Source: the human T2T-CHM13v2.0 reference genome, Homo sapiens
Strand: one strand, 5' to 3'
Assembly: GCF_009914755.1 (NCBI RefSeq)
Contig: NC_060935.1
DNA length: 64,000 bases
Positions 1-14,129 of this stretch are shown here, in pieces. Every line of letters begins with the position of its first letter. Position 1 is the stretch's first letter. The position numbers were made by a program, and so were the translations under genes. The notes beneath the pieces were generated by a model. That model had not been told where the DNA came from. It searched no databases and worked only from the letters and a program-made list of their open reading frames with translations.

Positions 1-199
1 ACAAAGGCAAGCTTTCCACAGTTGAGAACAGAAGGGAAAAACACGCAGAGTTAATTAACTTCCTTCAATATGGCTGGTGCCTCAGGTCTTACAGCTGCCT
101 GGGGTCTCACTCTGCCTTCCAAGAGAAGGAGATCATGGTGGCTGAATGAAAAACACCCTCAGACAGGCAGGACAGCCCTTCTTTTTGCTACTCATGTGC

Positions 200-307
200 T
201 CATTAATTCATTCGGTTATCAATCAACAAATCCATATCAAATGCCAGGCTCTGTGCTGAGGACTAGAAACAGCACAATATAGAGGCGTCCTCATGGAGTT
301 CAAAATC
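200..307 (-). mobile_element. L2 LINE 3' end fragment
   Basis: attcattc...caacaaat...atgccaggctctgtgct...cctcatggagtt matches the reverse complement of the L2 3' tail. Confidence 0.6.
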
Positions 308-1116
308 ATTCATTTACTTCCTCTTTCAACCAGCACACAGCAAACAGCTCTCAAGTGGGTCCATTGTGCTGCCTTCAGTTGCTTTATTTATTAATATTTT
401 CTCCAGTGCATTCATCCTGCCCCTCTCCTAGATCTGCCTTCTCTTGCCTCCAGTTCTTCCTCCTCCATTCCTCCCCTCAGCTGAAGGCCTTACTCGAGTT
501 TACTTGGAAAATAGAAGCAATTGGAAGAGATCTTCCACCAGCTCCCCAGGTACCCACTTCCAGCACTTGTGCCTGCAACATCCTCTGCCTTCTCTCCCGT
601 TGATGAAACGGATTGCCCATGCGCCTAAGGCAGCCCTTCCTTAGACCTGAGCCCCAGGTCCCATCCACTTTAGCTTCCTGGAGCACAGTGTCCAGAGAGT
701 TCCTCTGCTTTATCCTGTATTGCCAATTTCCCCTCTTTATCTGGTCATTCCCCTCAGCATATGAACGTGCTGCTGTTTCTCCCTTTCTAGAAAGTTATAA
801 AACATCTCTTGGCCCTACCATCTCAGCCAGCACTACTCCATTTCCTTCTACTTCTTTACAGCAAAACACCTGTAAGTAGTTGTCTCTGCGGGGTGTCTCC
901 AGTTCCTCTTCTGCTCTGTTTTAATTCCACTCCAGCCAGCTTTCATCTCTACAGTTCCATTGGACCTGCTCTTACCAAGGACACCAAAGACCTCTAAGGC
1001 ACCAAGAGCCACTCCTCAGTGCTCGTCTTACTTGACCCAGCTGCAGCATTTCACAGATTGATCACCACCTCTTTAAACCACTATTCCCTTGGTTCCCAGA
1101 CACCACCCTCCCCTAG

Positions 1117-1475
<359 letters not shown>

Positions 1476-1659
1476 TCGATCTCTTAATGTTGAGGTGTGC
1501 TTTGCGAAGGTTAGTCCTTGTTCCTGTTTATCCATTCTCACAGTTTTAAATATTGTCTCTATGCTGACAACCAAATTCATATCTGCAGCTCAGACCTCGC
1601 CACAAACTCCAGACTCAAATATCCAACTATTTAAACATCATCTCTTCTTAGTTGATATC

Positions 1660-2035
1660 TGATATTGTCTGGCTCTGTGTCTCCATTTAAATCTCATCTT
1701 GAATTATAATCCAAATTGTAATCCCCATGTGTTGGGGGAGGGACCTCATGGGAGGTGATTGGATCATGGGGATGGTTCCTCCATGCTGTTCTCATGAGAG
1801 TGAGTTCTCACGAGATTTGATGGTTTTATAAGGGGCTCTTCTCCCCTTCGCTCTGTACTTCTCTCTCCTGCTGCCTTGTGAAGAAAGATGAGTTTGCTTC
1901 CCCTTCTGCCATTTATTGTAAGTTTCCTGAGGCTTCCCCAGCCATGTGGAACTGTGAGTCAATTAAACCTCTTTCCTGTATATTTATGCAGTCTCAGGTA
2001 GTATCTTCATAGCAGTGTGAAAACAGACTAATACA
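1660..2035 (+). mobile_element. THE1C/D MaLR solo LTR
   Basis: tgatat...ctaataca termini; THE1 internal motifs; perfect 5-bp TSD ATATC (1655-1659 / 2036-2040). Confidence 0.92.
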
Positions 2036-2807
2036 ATATCTCAAACTCAACATGTCCAAAACTCAATTCCTGTCTTTCCCCTATAATTCTGTTCCACCTA
2101 CATCCTTCTCCAACTCAGTTAATGGCAACTCCATCTTTGCAATTGCTTAGACTAACACACCTCACTGTTATCTGGGACTCTTCTCTTTTTATCACATTCC
2201 ACATCTATTAGGAAATGCTACTGACCCAATCTTCAAAATGCGCCCAGGATTCCACCAATCCTCCTCACCTCCGCTGCTGCTACCTGGTCCAAGCCAGTAT
2301 CTCCCATCTGGGTTGCTGCAGTTGCCTCCTCACTGGTCTCCATAAGGCAGCTAACATTCTCTGTTACATCAACCTCTCTGCTCAAAACCATCCCTCCAAT
2401 GGCTTTCATCTTGGTCAGAGGAACAGTGCCCATGAGGTCCTCTGTGATCCAAGTCCCACCACTGCCTTCCTCCCTCTCTTCCCCATGCTCAGTTCTTTCC
2501 AGGCATGCTCCTTCCTGTAGGCTTTTATACTTGCTATTTTCCTCTCCCTGGGACACTTTTCATGCTGATACCTATGTGGCTTTTTCTGTGGCCACCTTCA
2601 TGTCTTTGCTCAAATGTTTACTTTCACAGTGAGGCCTTCCCTGAATGCCCCATTTAGAACTGCAGTGCTTGCCCCCATAGATTCTTTCTTCCCTCTTTTC
2701 CCCTTCTTTGGAACAGCATTCTTTACCATTTCACATGCTATATATTTATTTGTTGTCCATTTTCCTCCATTACAAAGTAGGCTGGTGTCCATTTTCCTCC
2801 ATTAGAA

Positions 2808-3479
<672 letters not shown>

Positions 3480-4149
3480 GGATCTTGATTTTGTTCACTG
3501 CTGCCTCTCAAGTTGTCCCACAATGCCAGGCAGAGTGGGCACACAGCACGTGTTGGATGACTGAATAAATTTCTTTCCACACAGCACTATGCTGAGCATT
3601 CTGAGAGAGACAAAAAGACAGGTGTGAGTCCCAGCCCTGTGATTCAGCAGCTGGAACCTGCATTGCCCCATTCCCTCATTTGTAAAATAGAGGAAAAATA
3701 TTCTGTATCCTAGGGTGGCTGGGAAAACTGGATGATATGTAATAGGTGCTGGGTGAATCTTCCTCCTTCCCTAGCACCTCGGTGTCCTCATCTCTGAAAT
3801 AGGGGGAATGCCCAGGCTTGTCCGACTTGGAGAACTGTTCTCAATATATTTTTAAAAATCAAACACCATTTAATGATCTGGGAAATATCCATGCTATATT
3901 GTTAAGTGGGAAAAAGCTAGTGACGAAATAGCATGTGCATGATCTATGCTTTAATAAATGAGCATGGAAGTGCAGCCAGCCCCTTGCGAGAAAGAAGTTT
4001 ACTCAAGTGCCCATAGTCCAGGATCCTAATCATTCTTTGCTTTTTCCATTAACTTTTATCTCAACCTGTACAAAGTCCACATGGCATGGGCCTTGGAGAA
4101 GTCTTCTCACCTGCCCTCTCTCCGTCATTCTCATTTCCCATAACCCCCT

Positions 4150-5275
4150 CAGTCTTTCTAGTTTGTCTTTTTATTTCCTTCTGTAATGCTGTATAAATTT
4201 CTCCATAAAATCAGGCACATCTTTTGCTCAATTTATTCCTAGGTACCTTTCAGGATGTCTTGCTGTTTTGATAGTATTTTTTTATTACAGTTTTGAATTG
4301 GTTATTGCTAATGAACAGGAACACAATCTATGTCTATATATTGACCTTGAGTTCACCTCGCAACTGTGGTGAGCTCTTACTCATTCTTGGAGATTCTTTG
4401 GGATTTTCTATATAGGAATGCAAGTGAAGACAGATTTGTTTCTGATATGGTTTGGCTGTGTCGCCACCCAAATCTCATCTTGAATTCCCACATGTTGTGG
4501 GAGGGCCCCAGTGGGAGGTAATTGAATCACAGGGGCAGGTCTTTCCCATGCTGTTCTGTGATAGTGAATAACTCTCACAAGATCTGATGGTTTTTAAAAG
4601 AGGAGTTACCCTGCACAAGCTCTCTCTTTGCTGCCATCCATGTAAGACGTGACTTACTCCTCCTTGCCTTCTGCCATGATTGTGAGGCTTCCCCAGCCAT
4701 GTGGAACTGTAAGCCCAATTAAACCTCTTTCTTTTGTAATTTGTCCCATCTTGGGTATGTCTTTGTCAGCAGTGTGAAAATGGACTAATACAGTTGATTT
4801 CTAATTCTTATGCAATTTATGTATTTTTCTCTTCTTATTGCATTGATTAGGATACCCAGTTCAGTGTTGAACAAAATCAATGACAGAAATTTTGTTTATC
4901 TTGTTCCTGACTAGCAGAACTATGTCTAAAGTTTCATCATTGAATGTGATGTTTGCTTTAATTTTTTGATAGATAAAATTGAACAGATTAGGAAAGTTTG
5001 TTTATTTTCCTACTTTGCCAAAAGTTTGTTTGTTTTTATTATGAGTACATGTTGGAGTTTATTAAATATGTTTTCTGCATCTTTTGAAGTGATACTCTGA
5101 TTTTTCTATTTAATTTGCTAGTATGCTGTATTATATAATAATTTTTCTGATATTGAACTAACCCTGCATTCCTGGGTTAAATATTACTTAATCATAGCAT
5201 ATTTTCAAAATGTATTACTGAATTATTACCTAATATGCATCTGGAATTTGACTGTTCAAGTTCATAAGTGAGATT
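4150..5275 (-). mobile_element. Ancient L1M ORF2 fragment interrupted by THE1A
   Basis: T-rich; atttattcctaggta, ctttgggattttcta, cttgttcctga and aaccctgcattcctggg match antisense L1 ORF2. Confidence 0.8.
4443..4792 (+). mobile_element. THE1A MaLR solo LTR
   Basis: tgatatggtttggctgtg...ggactaataca; THE1A-type cttgaattccca and ccatgtaagacgtgactt. Confidence 0.92.
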
Positions 5276-5934
5276 CTTAAATAATAAGAAATGGTGCTTT
5301 GAACATCATATAACACTAAGTTTTTAGATATTTATTAATTATCTCAAAGAGCCTGGCCCAGGGAGAAGACTGTGCCTGACCAAGAGGCATGTCCAACTGC
5401 CCACATGGGGTGATGCGGGAGGCACCTGGCTGATGCAGTGCCTGAAATTCCACAATTCAGGATCCACTCATGATTCTGGTAGGTTTTTGGTCCCCAAAAA
5501 TCCCATTTAAGATCCAAGATACCCTGAAAGTGAGTCTCTACCGAAGCTATTTCAGGATTAGCTGCCACCCCAAGAGATGGGGCAGAGAAGACCCAGGTCA
5601 CCCACTTGGCCAGTCCCAGGACCACTCCCATGGGGAGATGACACATCAGGTAGCAGTATCCTTGCATCCAAAGGGGAAAATATGTCCATGTTCTTCACCA
5701 TTATAGGAGTAGGGCTGTGGACCAGGGGTGGCTGAACTCTTTAAACTGATAAACAGAACTTGTTTCTAGCCAAGCTGCTCTACTACAAAATCAATAAGAA
5801 ATATAATTTTATCCCTAGAAGACATTTTTCTGTCCAGAATCGTGGCACCATTCCAGCTTTTGTTCCCAAGCAGCATTTTGTATGCACCCTGGAAATGGGA
5901 CAGGACTTTCTGAGGATCCCAAGAAGTTTGGGAT

Positions 5935-6135
5935 TGTGGAAGGAGCTTTGGCATTGGAGTAGGAGACTGGGGTTCAAATCCTTACTCCTCTCCTTGTTCT
6001 CTGTGACTCCAAGCCCTTGACTTCTTAACGTGTAAAACGGGAATAGTTATACCCTACCTTCTAGGGTTGTAATGAGGATGAAATAAAATAACTGGTGCCA
6101 GGTGACTGGTAAGTAGGAGGTGCTCAGTCAATTCC
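5935..6135 (+). mobile_element. MIR
   Basis: ggggttcaaatcc...tgtaaaacgggaata...agggttgtaatgaggatgaaat. Confidence 0.7.
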
Positions 6136-6469
6136 CTCAGTGTCCTGGGGGGAGTAAGGGCAATTCCATGACCTCAACAGTAATAAGGAGCGATAGAGGG
6201 AAGTTGTGTCCTACTCCTTCCAGCGGATCACTGAAAGCCCAAGCTCCCAGCAGATTCAGAGGAGGCCTAGGGGTGTCAGCTTCTAGGAGGAGACTTGGTT
6301 TGGGCTGGGGGCAGAGCTCTATGAGAGGAGTACAGGGACTGAGTTACCAGCTGCTTGGTTCCAGAAGAAAGAACAAAAGAACTGTGCCAGGAGCAGGAAT
6401 TTAAAAGGGAGGAGTCCAACAGGATTTTGATAGATGCATCTGCTACCCTAGGCACAGAGCAGCCATTTC

Positions 6470-6630
6470 TCTGTCCATCCCACTCCCATGCTCTTCCTCC
6501 CCACTATCCATCCATTCACTCACCTACATAAGAATTAACTCGCCCATCTATCCATTTTCCCGTCATCCACCTATCTACCCATCTACCTAACCATCTACAC
6601 ATTCATCCAACCATTCATGTCTCCATTTAT
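6470..6630. repeat. Degenerate (CATC)n low-complexity tract
   Basis: Repeated ccatcc/catcta/cattc units. Confidence 0.6.
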
Positions 6631-6659
6631 TAATACGAAGTGTGGTAATAACAAAAATC

Positions 6660-6908
6660 ACAGTGACTAATGTTTATTCAGTCCTCTTTGTGCCAGCCAC
6701 TGTTGGAAGTGTTTCCTAGGTATAATTTAGTCCTCACAATAAGCTTAAGAGGAAAGTTGTATTATTATTATTCCCATTCCGATAAGAAAGAAAACTGAGG
6801 TCCAGAGAAAAGGATTGATTTGCCCATGATTACGCAGCCAGGAAATACCAGAGCTGAGATTCAACCGAAGACATCTGGCTCCAGAGAACACACTCCTAAC
6901 CAATGCAT
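6660..6908 (-). mobile_element. MIR, near full length
   Basis: tcctcacaat...aaactgaggtccagaga...ttgcccatgattac...gattcaacc...tggctccagag. Confidence 0.85.
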
Positions 6909-7159
6909 TGAATGGCCTTCCATGGACTTACCTACCCACCAACCACTTAGCCTCCATGTCTCTTACCCTTCCTCTTTTCAAACCCATGTACCCTCCTATT
7001 CTTTTCACCCAACACCCATTCTCCCTTCTTATCCTCTAACCACTCAGCCATCTTTATTCCCTGCTAGTTATCCATTCCTCTTCCTCTTCCTGATCCTCTG
7101 TGCACCCACAAGTTCATCAATCCATGTACCCACCCTTTTTGGCAAAACCTATCCATACT

Positions 7160-7460
7160 TCCATCTAACAACAATTTACTTGGCACCTTATAATCTAATG
7201 ATGTTTAAAGAGAAATAAATTTAGTCCCTGACATCAAAGGCTCACTTTTTAGTGAGGAAAAGAGGGAGGTGATCCAATGGGTGTAATTAGATGGCATACA
7301 TGCTAAGGAAGAAGTGGTGCCAGGATGGCATGGGTGCACAGTAGAAGGGCCCTTGACCTCTGGAAGAATCTCTGAGGATTTGGAGGCTTACCTAGATGAC
7401 CCAGGTAGAGGAGGTGAGAAATGGTGTTCTAGGCAGTAGGAGCCTCCTCTGCAAAAGCAC
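7160..7460 (-). mobile_element. L2 fragment
   Basis: caacaatttacttggcacct...agtccctgacatcaaagg...tgttctaggcag. Confidence 0.5.
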
Positions 7461-7769
7461 AGACCCAGCTGTTTCCTAGCTCTGGTGGAGCTGGTGGGAG
7501 GGGGCTGGTCCCTTCCTCTCTCATAGGCTGTGGGAGGAGAGTGCTGGCCAAGCCATGGGCAGACTCCTCTGAGTTCCCCCATGAGGATGGAGACAGGTCC
7601 AGTCAGGGGCTGGCCAGAACAGGGGTGTGGAGCCAGCATCTGAGCTGAGACTCAGGGCAGATCTCTGAAACAGAAGTCAAATCCAAGGTTCCTTTAAGAC
7701 CCATTCACTACTTGGCTTCCCCTAGAGACACCCTGCATTTGCTATTCTGTGCACTTTCCACGTGTTTGC

Positions 7770-8060
7770 AAGTTTTGATTGAACAAACACTGGCTGGGGC
7801 ACAGTGAACCCAAATAATTGTGTGCCTGTCAACGGTACATGTTAATTGGAGAGTTGTAGAGTCCGCAGGATGGGTCACAAGGGAAAAGCCAATTACTCCA
7901 TGTACCTGTTTGAAAGGCTCCCGCTCCTGGATTCCTGACTGGCATTAGAAAGCTCTGTATTGGTCCATGTTATTGATTTTCCTCCTGCCTCAGTTGATGG
8001 GCTCGTTAATTGACAATTACCTTTTTCCCTGTGTTGGGAAAATTGACAACAACGACCCGA
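7770..8060. promoter_or_regulatory. Candidate developmental enhancer (homeodomain/MEIS motif cluster)
   Basis: Repeat-free; five TAATTG/CAATTA in 205 bp, including the palindrome TAATTG-A-CAATTA (8007-8019); motif evidence only. Confidence 0.45.
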
Positions 8061-8639
8061 AGTGTTCAAGTTTCATTTGAGCCGAGCTAGGCCTTTACCT
8101 GTTTAACCTATAACAAGTCCCAGGAGGCAACTCTGGGGAGCGGGAGCCTCCAAGGAGGCACCAGGGATGTTCAGGGTGAGCTTGGGTGCTATCGGATGCT
8201 GACTAGGGCATGGAGCCTGCCAGGGCCAAAAGCCTGAGGGTGGAGTTGGGCCCAGGCAGACTGAGGCCTATACACAAAAGCTCCCATTGAGACCAATTCA
8301 TGTGTGGCTCCAGCAGGCAGTGAAGCAGGGGATGGCTGTTTCCTGAACACCTACTATGCACCAGACACTTGCTCCTAATTGCACTCCCCATAAACTTTTA
8401 ATATTACAGGTAAGCTCTATATCTGTTATATACTGTATGTATGCTTTATATGTAAAACAAGTAATATTTTTTGTTCTGTTCCCCGACACAGAAAACAAAT
8501 TGTTGCTGTGTTAGGGGGCAATATCGTCCCCACTGAGAATGTATGGTGTAGAGAAACTAAGGCAAGGACCCTGGAATATAGATTTGGTGGGGCTGGGGTC
8601 CCACTTACTCCAGACACACTGGGTATGGGCAGCAGAGCT

Positions 8640-8845
8640 TGGTCAAGGATAAAGGCTTAGGCATCTGGCTTGGGTTCAAGTCTCTCCTATGGCACTTAAT
8701 GTTTGGCTTAACCTCTCTGAACCTCAGTCTTCTCATCTGTTAAATGGATCTGGAAACAGGATTCACTTTCCAGTGGCTCATAATGGTAATACAATGAAGT
8801 AATGTATGTAGAGTGCTTGGCACACAGTAAGCTCTCAATAAATTA
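8640..8845 (+). mobile_element. MIR
   Basis: cttaacctctctgaacctcagtcttctcatctgt...ggcacacagtaagctctcaataaat. Confidence 0.8.
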
Positions 8846-10079
8846 CAGTGGCTACTATGGTCATTACTTCCGGAACCCACTTGGTGATGAAGCAAGGATT
8901 CTTGGCATGCTCCCTGCTCCTCAAGGGCACAGCTATATCTTATTCATCTTGGTGGCCCTGGCCCTTGGTGGGGGCTGGGCAGCATCTGTTGCTGTGTGAA
9001 CCGTCAGCTCTTGGGCAGGTTTGTTCTGGCTCTGATCAGGCCAAACAGCAGAAGAAAAATCGGGGACAACAGGGGCTGCCCACGAGAACCTGGGGGCCAC
9101 GTGTTCCTCTGGGAACACCATGTCCAGCCACCAAAAGGAAATTGCTGTTTTAGCCTCTGCAGATGTGTGAGCGACTTCAGAGACTTCCTTAAACTTCCGC
9201 CTCCCTCTGAAGTTGCCCAGCCAGACCATCTGCCCAAGGCTGACCCAATGTGCCCAAGGAGTCTGACGTTTTCTGCTTAGATGGGGGAAAACCCCGTTAT
9301 TGAATGCCTGAGGGTCGGGGCTTGAAGGCTCAGTGCTAGCTGGCACCAGTCTCCTCCTCTTAGCCCAGCCGGGAGGTCAGACACTCTGGCATGGGATCAA
9401 CAGCTACCCTGCCTGAAGAGTCACGCCTCTCAGACCAAGGGGCAAACTTTACAAGGACCAAAACCTTCCCCAGAGCTCTGTCGTGGGAGGTGGCCACTTG
9501 AGTGTTGCCAGTACCAACGGGACTGTTGCCATTTTATAATAGCTAAAGTTTCTAATTCAAATTCAGCAGAGGCATTCCCTTTCCCTCCCCACCCCCACCC
9601 TACCCCAATTATGCCTGGCATTTGACACTGTGCAGCCTCTTGGAGACTTGAGAGTTTTCACTGTACACCATGGCAGAGAAAACACACATCATCACAAACC
9701 CACCCAGTAGGCACAAGCCACAGACTTGGCTGGGTGCACTGATTTTCAATTATTTTTAAGCTGTTTATCCCCTTCTTCAAGTGAAATCTTATGTGGAGGC
9801 CAATTTATATCCAACAGTTACAAATAGCCCTAATGTGTGACAGGAACAGAAATTAACCCGTGTGTGAATATCTCCAGCTTTCTCCCAGCCCATCCCTCTT
9901 GCTTTCCAGACAGGCCTCAAGGGTTCTTCTTTGTGTATGTGATCACTATAGCGAGCGAGAGGAAAGAGAAGTAGAAGAAGCCTGACACCTGGTTGCTCTT
10001 CTTCCCTGCAACTCCTTCTCCTCTCCCTCCCCCTAGACCCCAAAACTCCAAGGATGCAATTTGAAAGTTACCAGTTGGT

Positions 10080-10185
10080 GGTGATGGGTTCAAATCCCAG
10101 CCCAGCACTCACTAGCCAGATCACCAGGAGCAAGTCACTTTGCCTCCCTGAGCCTCTATTGGTCAACTGTTCAAAATGAGAAAAA
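10080..10185 (+). mobile_element. MIR fragment
   Basis: gggttcaaatcccagc...gcaagtcactttgcctccctgagcctc. Confidence 0.7.
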
Positions 10186-10984
10186 GAATCTCGTTACCCT
10201 TTCTCACTGCACTGCCACCGGGACAGAATGGATCTGTCAGTGTGAGAACAAAGTCTGAGGGGCTGTCCTGGGAACTGGGAAATCACCCTGTTGAGTTTTG
10301 TGTCTTTTGGACCCTTTAAGGTGGCAGGTGGCAGAGGCAGACACTCCACTGACTGTTCAGGATGCCAAGCCTGGGAAATCCAAACTGCTTATGTTTTGCT
10401 TGGAGAAAATTTTAAAAAAGGAATAGCACTTTCCTTTCCCATTCCATGGAGCAGGACCTGCTTTGCGCTCTGTTCTGAACATTTCGTTCTCTGAGTTTTG
10501 AAAGTATTCCTGTTCTGGTTTTGTTTGTGATTCCTATTTCTGCAGAGGAGAAATTTCAGCCACTGGAGCGGTAGTTGGAGGCCTCTCCGGGGCTTTTTCT
10601 GGGGCTCAGAGCAAGATGGTTTTAGGTGCTGCCCAAACATCGCTCTCCCCTGGGTATTCTTCCATGACCCAGTCTTTCTTCCCGGGGGGAGGCAGCAGGG
10701 ACGAGATTGAGGTCCCTCACTGTGCAAAGAGGTAGGAATTGATGAGTTTCTCTGCACAGGTCCTGGTGACACTTGTGTGGGGTCTGGCTCAGTTCTCATC
10801 CCACTTACAGTGAAGGGGCCTATGTGTGGGGTGGAGGGGCCTTCAGGATTGCCCTGCCTAGAAACCAGAAGAGGGACACCAGCAGGGCCAAGTGGAAGCC
10901 ACTTGCTTTTGGCAATTTGGAAGGGAAGACACTATAGGGAACCAGTGACTGCCAAGAGTCTCCTGTTGCCATGCTCTGTTCTGG

Positions 10985-11150
10985 GAGCCTTCTAAATGGC
11001 AGCTCATTACATCCTCAAGTGACTCTGTAAGGCAAGCAGAATTGTCCCCTTCTGGGGATGGGGAAATAGAGGTTCAGAGGAGTTAATGACTTACCTAGGA
11101 CCCCACAGCTAATAAATGTGGTCGAGCCAGGATGGACAGAAGCCAAGAAG
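10985..11150 (-). mobile_element. MIR fragment
   Basis: gatggggaaatagaggttcagaggagttaatgacttacc. Confidence 0.7.
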
Positions 11151-11934
11151 AGACTATCACTCAGTGAGATGGGGGAGACATTGGGAAGGGGGGCTTCCCA
11201 GGAGCCAGACCAGGTCTTGGAATTCATGTGCCCACAGGTCAAGGTGATCTGAAGCAGTTGGCTGGGCTGATTAGTAGGGGGCATCATCCATGCTGACAAT
11301 GATGGTTTTTTGAGGATTACTGAGTGCATGTTGGTGGGTAAGAGGAACTCTGCTGAGGAATCTGAGGAGGCTGTTTGAGCCCAGCTGGGAGAAATGAGGG
11401 GAGGAGGTGGGCCCAGGATATTTAGCAACGCTGCAGCCTGTGGAGTCACTGACCACACAATGTTATTGCTTATGTCCCACGGCTGTTCTACTGAATGAGA
11501 GGGTTCAGGTTGGTTCTTGCAGGTCTGATCTTGGTCAGGGATACGGTCCTCTCTTCTGTGCTACTATCACCATCACTCTAGAAGTCCAGAGCCCCTCCTT
11601 CTGGTTGGGGGAAGAGTTTAAAAGCATCCTGGACTGTTGGACTCTGAGTTGCCCCTTCAGGGGTGGGTTGGAGGAGGGCTGAGCAGTTTCCAGGCACCAA
11701 TGGGCATCACCTCAGACTGGATGTTTGGCCAGGGACCTGATGACCCCATCCCCAGGTGGTCCATACGGACAATAATGGGAAGGGAACCTCAGCACTCATG
11801 TAGCTTCCTTGATGCTGTGACAGGCTTCCCAGTTCCAGCTGGGTTTCATGGTGCTTCCTAATCTCCCTGACCCTCCCCTTTTTTCTTCCTGTTTATTCTC
11901 ATCTGTAGTAAGAACCTCACTCTGCAAGGGTGCA

Positions 11935-12115
11935 CCCCAAAGTGGTTAAGAGCCTGAACCCTGGCGCTAGCTGCTGGGTTCGAGTCTCACCTCTGATACA
12001 GGCTGCTTGACTTTAGGCAAGTGACTTCATCTCTCTGCCTCAGTTTCTTCCTCTGTAAAGTGGAGATCATAATAGGATCTACCACGTAGACTTAGCTATG
12101 AGGATTAAGTGCCAA
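11935..12115 (+). mobile_element. MIR
   Basis: agtggttaagagc...ggcaagtgactt...cctcagtttcttcctctgtaaagtggag. Confidence 0.8.
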
Positions 12116-12366
12116 AACACTTGCTTCTTCTGGGACTTCACACTGTCCTCCAGGTGATGAAAACTCACAGATGTTACCCCCAGTGGATTGTCAGTGTAGG
12201 TGGGAGTGATAAAGTGAACTGGGCAGAGGAGGGTCAGTGCAAAGCAAAGGCCCAGAATGGAAGTGAGTAAATGGCCAGGGAAGATAGCAGTACCATGGGA
12301 GAGTTTTAAATCTAAATTCCAGGTTTAAAAAATGCCAAGTAGAGCAAAAATATGGTAGGTCTAGAG

Positions 12367-12595
12367 CAGGGGTGTCCAATCTTTTGGTTTCCCTGGGCTA
12401 CATTGGAAGAAGAATAATTGTCTTGGGCCACACATAAAATATACTAACTCTCACGACAGCTGATGCACTAAAAAAGAAAAGAAATCACAAAAAACATCTG
12501 ATAATATTTTAAGAAAATTACAAATTCTTGATGGGCCGCATTCAAAGTTGTCCTGGGCCGCATGCGACCCATGGGCCGTGGGTTGGACAAGCTTG
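12367..12595 (+). mobile_element. MER30 hAT-Charlie DNA transposon, full length
   Basis: caggggtgtccaatc...gttggacaagcttg; perfect 8-bp TSD GTCTAGAG (12359-12366 / 12596-12603). Confidence 0.95.
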
Positions 12596-12779
12596 GTCTA
12601 GAGCCTAACCCAGCCTTAGGTTAGATGGTGGAGGATTGGACAGGAAGGAATGATGAGGAAGGTACTCCAGGAGGCGAGACCTGCTGGGGCAGAAGCATGG
12701 AGGCTGGAAACCCTGGGGGGAATCCAAGGAGGAGCACCTCTGTGGTTGAGGCTGACAGCGGGTCCACGGAGGGGCGTTA

Positions 12780-12955
12780 GGTAGTGCCCAGCACAGAGGT
12801 GGTTTTGTGGGCCAGGCACCATGTTAGCAGCTTGCCAGGATCATTTCACGGACTCCTCATGCTAACTCCATGAGGCCTATCACGATCTGCATTTTGTAGA
12901 GCAAAACAGCCTCCAAGAGGCTAATTCCTTGCCCAAGATCCCTCAGTAAGTGGTG
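12780..12955 (-). mobile_element. MIR
   Basis: gccaggcaccatgtt...cattttgtaga...ttgcccaagatc. Confidence 0.6.
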
Positions 12956-13444
12956 GGTACAGGCATCAAGTCTGTCTGTCAGTCAGTCTGTCCACAGGGC
13001 CACTCACCTTCCCAGTACTCCACACTATCACCCAGGTAATGCGAAAAGAGTCATAGAGAATGAAGGGGAAGCTAATTTGGCCCAAGCCCCAAGGACTTGG
13101 AGAACTCAAGAGGGGCATTTCAACTTTAGCCTTCTTAGGGCAGGCCAGCCACCAAATGGGGTCTCACACATTTGAAGTGTCCACAGATATTAATTGGCAA
13201 CCTGGAAATCCGGGCTGTCAGCCACTGGTTTTATATCTACGGAGAAGGGGCTGACTTCTATGTGGTTGTCCTGCTCATCTCCCTATTCTCCTGCCTGCTA
13301 GGAGAAAAATTGTCCCTGGACCCACTTTCTCACCTGCACACTTGCTCTCGCACATCAGGTACCATGCTATTGATTCTGGTATCATCAAGGCTTGCCACGC
13401 TCCAAATGCCAATCTTCTTTTCCTTGTTGGGCCCCTAATCTTTT

Positions 13445-13551
13445 AGAGCAGCAGTTCCCAACCCTGGGCACCAATGAAAATTAACATAGGAGCTTTAACA
13501 AATACTCATGCCCAGGCCTTCTAGTCTGCATGAAGGCCCAGGCACTAAGCA
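13445..13551. mobile_element. MER5-type hAT fragment
   Basis: gcagcagttcccaaccctgg...ggagcttt...actcatgcccaggcc. Confidence 0.55.
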
Positions 13552-13886
<335 letters not shown>

Positions 13887-14129
13887 TAAAGAAATCCCTT
13901 GGAATATGCTGCAGACCCCCTAAGCACTGCCGGGGGTTTCCTTTCCACTCACATCAGCGTGATCCATCCTATTAAAGCCCACAGAACACAAATCAAATGA
14001 TTCCTGCTGGCCAGAGAATGGGTCTTTGGAAAACAGAGCTGAGGCTTGGTGCTCGCGTCCTGAGGCGAGTTCTAACTGTGTCCCTGCCAGTTCAGTTTCT
14101 GTGGCTTCAGAGCCATCGGTACCAGCATT

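Noticed and set aside
3480-3640. Tail-to-tail L2 ends as a possible miR-28/151-like hairpin
   Set aside because: The second L2 piece is doubtful and base pairing between the arms is too weak by eye.
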